Assembly (NCBI GenBank): GCA_046289355.1 | Contig: JBKBVX010000002.1 | Span: forward strand, 1 to 32,274 | Reading direction: 5' to 3' | Length of the DNA stretch: 32,274 nt | Source of the DNA: Patescibacteria group bacterium | GTDB taxonomy: Bacteria; Patescibacteriota; Patescibacteriia; UBA2591; CALHIP01 | In this document: positions 31,253 to 32,274 of the stretch, in pieces | How positions within the stretch are numbered: position 1 is the first letter of the stretch | Layout of the letters: every line of letters starts with the position of its first letter | Notes under the pieces: model-generated | Database searches by the model: none | Seen by the model: only the letters and a program-made list of their open reading frames with translations | What the model was told of the DNA's origin: nothing | Program-made: the position numbers and the translations under genes

Positions 31253-32274
31253 TTAAGTTTTAATAGGCATAACAAGATAGAGAAAATTTCCTTCAGGAAA
31301 TGGTTTCAAAACAGCTGGGGAAGAATCATCAATTACTTCTAAAATTACCTCATTGGTTGGAATGCTTGCTAATCCTTCTAAAAGATAACGGTAATTAAAA
31401 GATAAAGAATTTTTTTCTCCTGAAATTTCCCCTTCTAAATTTAATTTTACTTCACCGGCTTGGGGATTTAAAGAGGAGATAATCACTAATTGTCTTTGTG
31501 GTAAAAATTCAAGAGAAATGTCATTGATGCCTGTTTTAGAAAAAGGCGAAGCTCCTCTAATTGTTTTTATTAAAACTTCTCTACTAGTTAAAACTTTTGT
31601 CTTAAAATTTTGGGGAATAATTTCTTCATAATTCGGAAATTCAGCTTGAATAACTCGAGAAATAAGAGTAGTTGGTCCTTGAGAAAAAAGAATTTGATTT
31701 TGAGAAAGAAATATCTCTATTTCTCCTTCTTCAATAATTCGAATAAGTTCTTGACAAGTTTTGATAGGAATAATGGCTTTTCTAATCTTTACTGACTCTA
31801 AACTTTCTTTTAACTCAATAGTTTTTTCTGCCAATCGATAACTATCAGTTGCGACAAGAGTTATTTTTTTATCTTTTTGCTTAAAAAAAACACCACTTAT
31901 CTCTGGTCTTGTTTCAGAAGGAGAGGCAGCAAAAATTACTTGACTTAGAGATTTTTTAAAATCTTGGCCGGGAATTTTTATTCCATCTTTTTTCTCTAAA
32001 TAAGGAATAATCGGAAAGTCTTCTGCTGGCAATCCTTTTATCCTTGTTTCTCCTTTTTTATATTTTAGAAAAATTTCACCACCTTTAACTTCTAAGTTTA
32101 TAGATTCATCAGAAAGAAAATTAAGATGGGAAGAAAATAAATCAGCTGGAACAGTAAAAGATCCACTTTCTTCGATTTTCCCTCTAATATAAGTTTCAAT
32201 AGCTATCTCTAAATTTGTGGAAACAAGATAAAGAAGTCCTTTTTCTGCTTTAAGCAAAATGTTTCCTAAAATTG
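31253..32274 (-). CDS. dnaN: DNA polymerase III beta sliding clamp (N-terminus lies outside the window)
   Basis: The reading frame stays open to the window edge (...ILGNILLKAEKGLLYLVSTNLEIAIE...). It has three-domain clamp length, VATDSYRLAEK (compare ATDGHRLA) and C-terminal YLVMPI. The true start is beyond 32274. Confidence 0.9.
   Translation of the reverse strand, partial: ILGNILLKAEKGLLYLVSTNLEIAIETYIRGKIEESGSFTVPADLFSSHLNFLSDESINLEVKGGEIFLKYKKGETRIKGLPAEDFPIIPYLEKKDGIKIPGQDFKKSLSQVIFAASPSETRPEISGVFFKQKDKKITLVATDSYRLAEKTIELKESLESVKIRKAIIPIKTCQELIRIIEEGEIEIFLSQNQILFSQGPTTLISRVIQAEFPNYEEIIPQNFKTKVLTSREVLIKTIRGASPFSKTGINDISLEFLPQRQLVIISSLNPQAGEVKLNLEGEISGEKNSLSFNYRYLLEGLASIPTNEVILEVIDDSSPAVLKPFPEGNFLYLVMPIKT

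Noticed and set aside
1-32274. An alternative genetic code with UGA reassigned, as in some candidate phyla.
   Set aside because: TGA terminates pyrG, the VanW-family gene, the GT4 gene, ymdB and the kinase at positions matching normal family C-termini. There are no in-frame TGA interruptions inside conserved genes.
1-32274. CRISPR arrays, IS elements, integrases next to the tRNA genes, prophage or defence islands.
   Set aside because: There are no regularly spaced direct repeats, no transposase-, integrase- or RT-like ORFs, and no inverted terminal repeats. The sequence flanking the tRNAs is ordinary housekeeping genes.

Overview
This is a strongly AT-rich, very gene-dense bacterial chromosomal segment. 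It reads with the standard genetic code, since TGA closes several conserved C-termini. I call 33 protein-coding genes (rplS and dnaN are cut by the window edges), 4 tRNAs, one clear intrinsic terminator, about a dozen sigma70-type promoter candidates and one perfect DnaA box.

Most genes are housekeeping:
- Translation and nucleotide metabolism: rplS, a tRNA trio, mpg, pyrG, infB.
- An RNA-metabolism run: rpsO, an NYN-domain gene, pnp, yidD, rpmH, rnpA.
- A dksA-like gene, lspA and comM.
- rny, ymdB and recA, then clpP and dnaN.
- Cell-envelope proteins: a C39-like peptidase, VanW, a LysM-CHAP hydrolase and a GT4 transferase.

The most unusual content is a 9-kb, seven-gene minus-strand operon (9107-18069) for alpha-glucan metabolism. 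Its order is GlgA-like synthase, two tandem GH57 paralogs (one with a UVR-like motif and an unassigned C-terminal domain), an APH-fold kinase translationally coupled to a PHP phosphoesterase, a second GlgA-like synthase, and a GalT-type nucleotidyltransferase. No glgC, GH13 glgB or glgP lies in the window.

A second theme is expression architecture. At least six near-consensus promoters place their -10 element only 6-8 nt from the ATG, which predicts leaderless mRNAs. Shine-Dalgarno motifs are essentially absent, and several stop codons sit inside the next promoter's -35 hexamer.

The gene set and compaction fit a small-genome uncultivated lineage such as CPR/Patescibacteria, but that is inference only. 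I saw no mobile elements, CRISPR arrays or recognisable defence genes.
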